64,000 nucleotides of DNA from contig JAQVWN010000001.1 of NCBI GenBank assembly GCA_028749475.1, positions 79,945-143,944 on the forward strand. Direction: 5' to 3'. The translations under genes were made by a program, and so were the position numbers. This stretch comes from Thomasclavelia sp. (GTDB lineage Bacteria > Bacillota_I > Bacilli_A > Erysipelotrichales > Coprobacillaceae). The notes below the pieces were generated by a model, which was not told the origin of the DNA, made no database searches, and worked only from the letters and a program-made list of their open reading frames with translations. Positions 63,993 to 64,000 of the stretch are shown one piece after another (the first letter of the stretch is position 1; every line of letters starts with the position of its first letter).

Positions 63993-64000
63993 ATTACTTT

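Overview
Chromosomal window from a low-GC (about 30% by eye) Gram-positive bacterium (Bacillota; Clostridia or Erysipelotrichia-like, not resolved further). Almost every real gene is on the + strand. No rRNA, tRNA, CRISPR array, transposase or integrase was seen.

**1. Positions 141-33543: cell-wall polysaccharide locus.** It contains:
- a CDP-alditol-type nucleotidyltransferase/SDR pair and glf
- a Wzx flippase and, separately, a Wzt/Wzm-type ABC exporter
- two tandem paralogous dual-GT2 enzymes and several single GT2/GT1 enzymes
- rfbD and rfbACB for dTDP-rhamnose
- one GtrB-like polyprenyl-phosphate sugar synthase, two GtrA-like proteins and three very large polytopic membrane proteins that look GT-C-like
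- an OpgB/LtaS-like sulfatase-fold transferase

Two things are embedded in this locus. One is a MerR-HTH::SAM-methyltransferase fusion gene, followed by a MerR-style promoter with a 19-bp spacer and a perfect palindrome in front of rfbA. The other is a secreted GH73 glucosaminidase carrying 9 ChW repeats.

**2. Positions 33635-37454.** A lipoprotein gene, then a secreted papain-family (C1A) cysteine protease with 6 ChW repeats. The protease gene has a long leader that resembles a c-di-GMP-I (GEMM-I) riboswitch with a terminator.

**3. Positions 37558-46161: housekeeping and cell-envelope genes.** HAD phosphatase, trxB, rapZ, whiA, a small XRE regulator, a small membrane protein, a zinc-ribbon / N-Q-Y-rich / TM / beta-propeller-like protein, murF, a membrane-anchored lysozyme-like protein, and ddl.

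**4. Positions 46187-56168.** A Leu (CUC) T-box leader followed by leuA-ilvN-ilvC-leuC-leuD-leuB-ilvD-ilvB.

**5. Positions 56198-63992.**
- a vWA-domain surface protein with a non-canonical sorting-signal-like C-terminus
- an aldo/keto reductase with a C-terminal Fe-S domain
- a convergent Opu/EgtUV-like ABC importer (the only genes on the - strand)
- pgk-tpiA

Several ORF-track starts appear to be N-terminally over-extended and were trimmed to ATGs that have Shine-Dalgarno sites. All family assignments come from motif recognition by eye. No searches were run.
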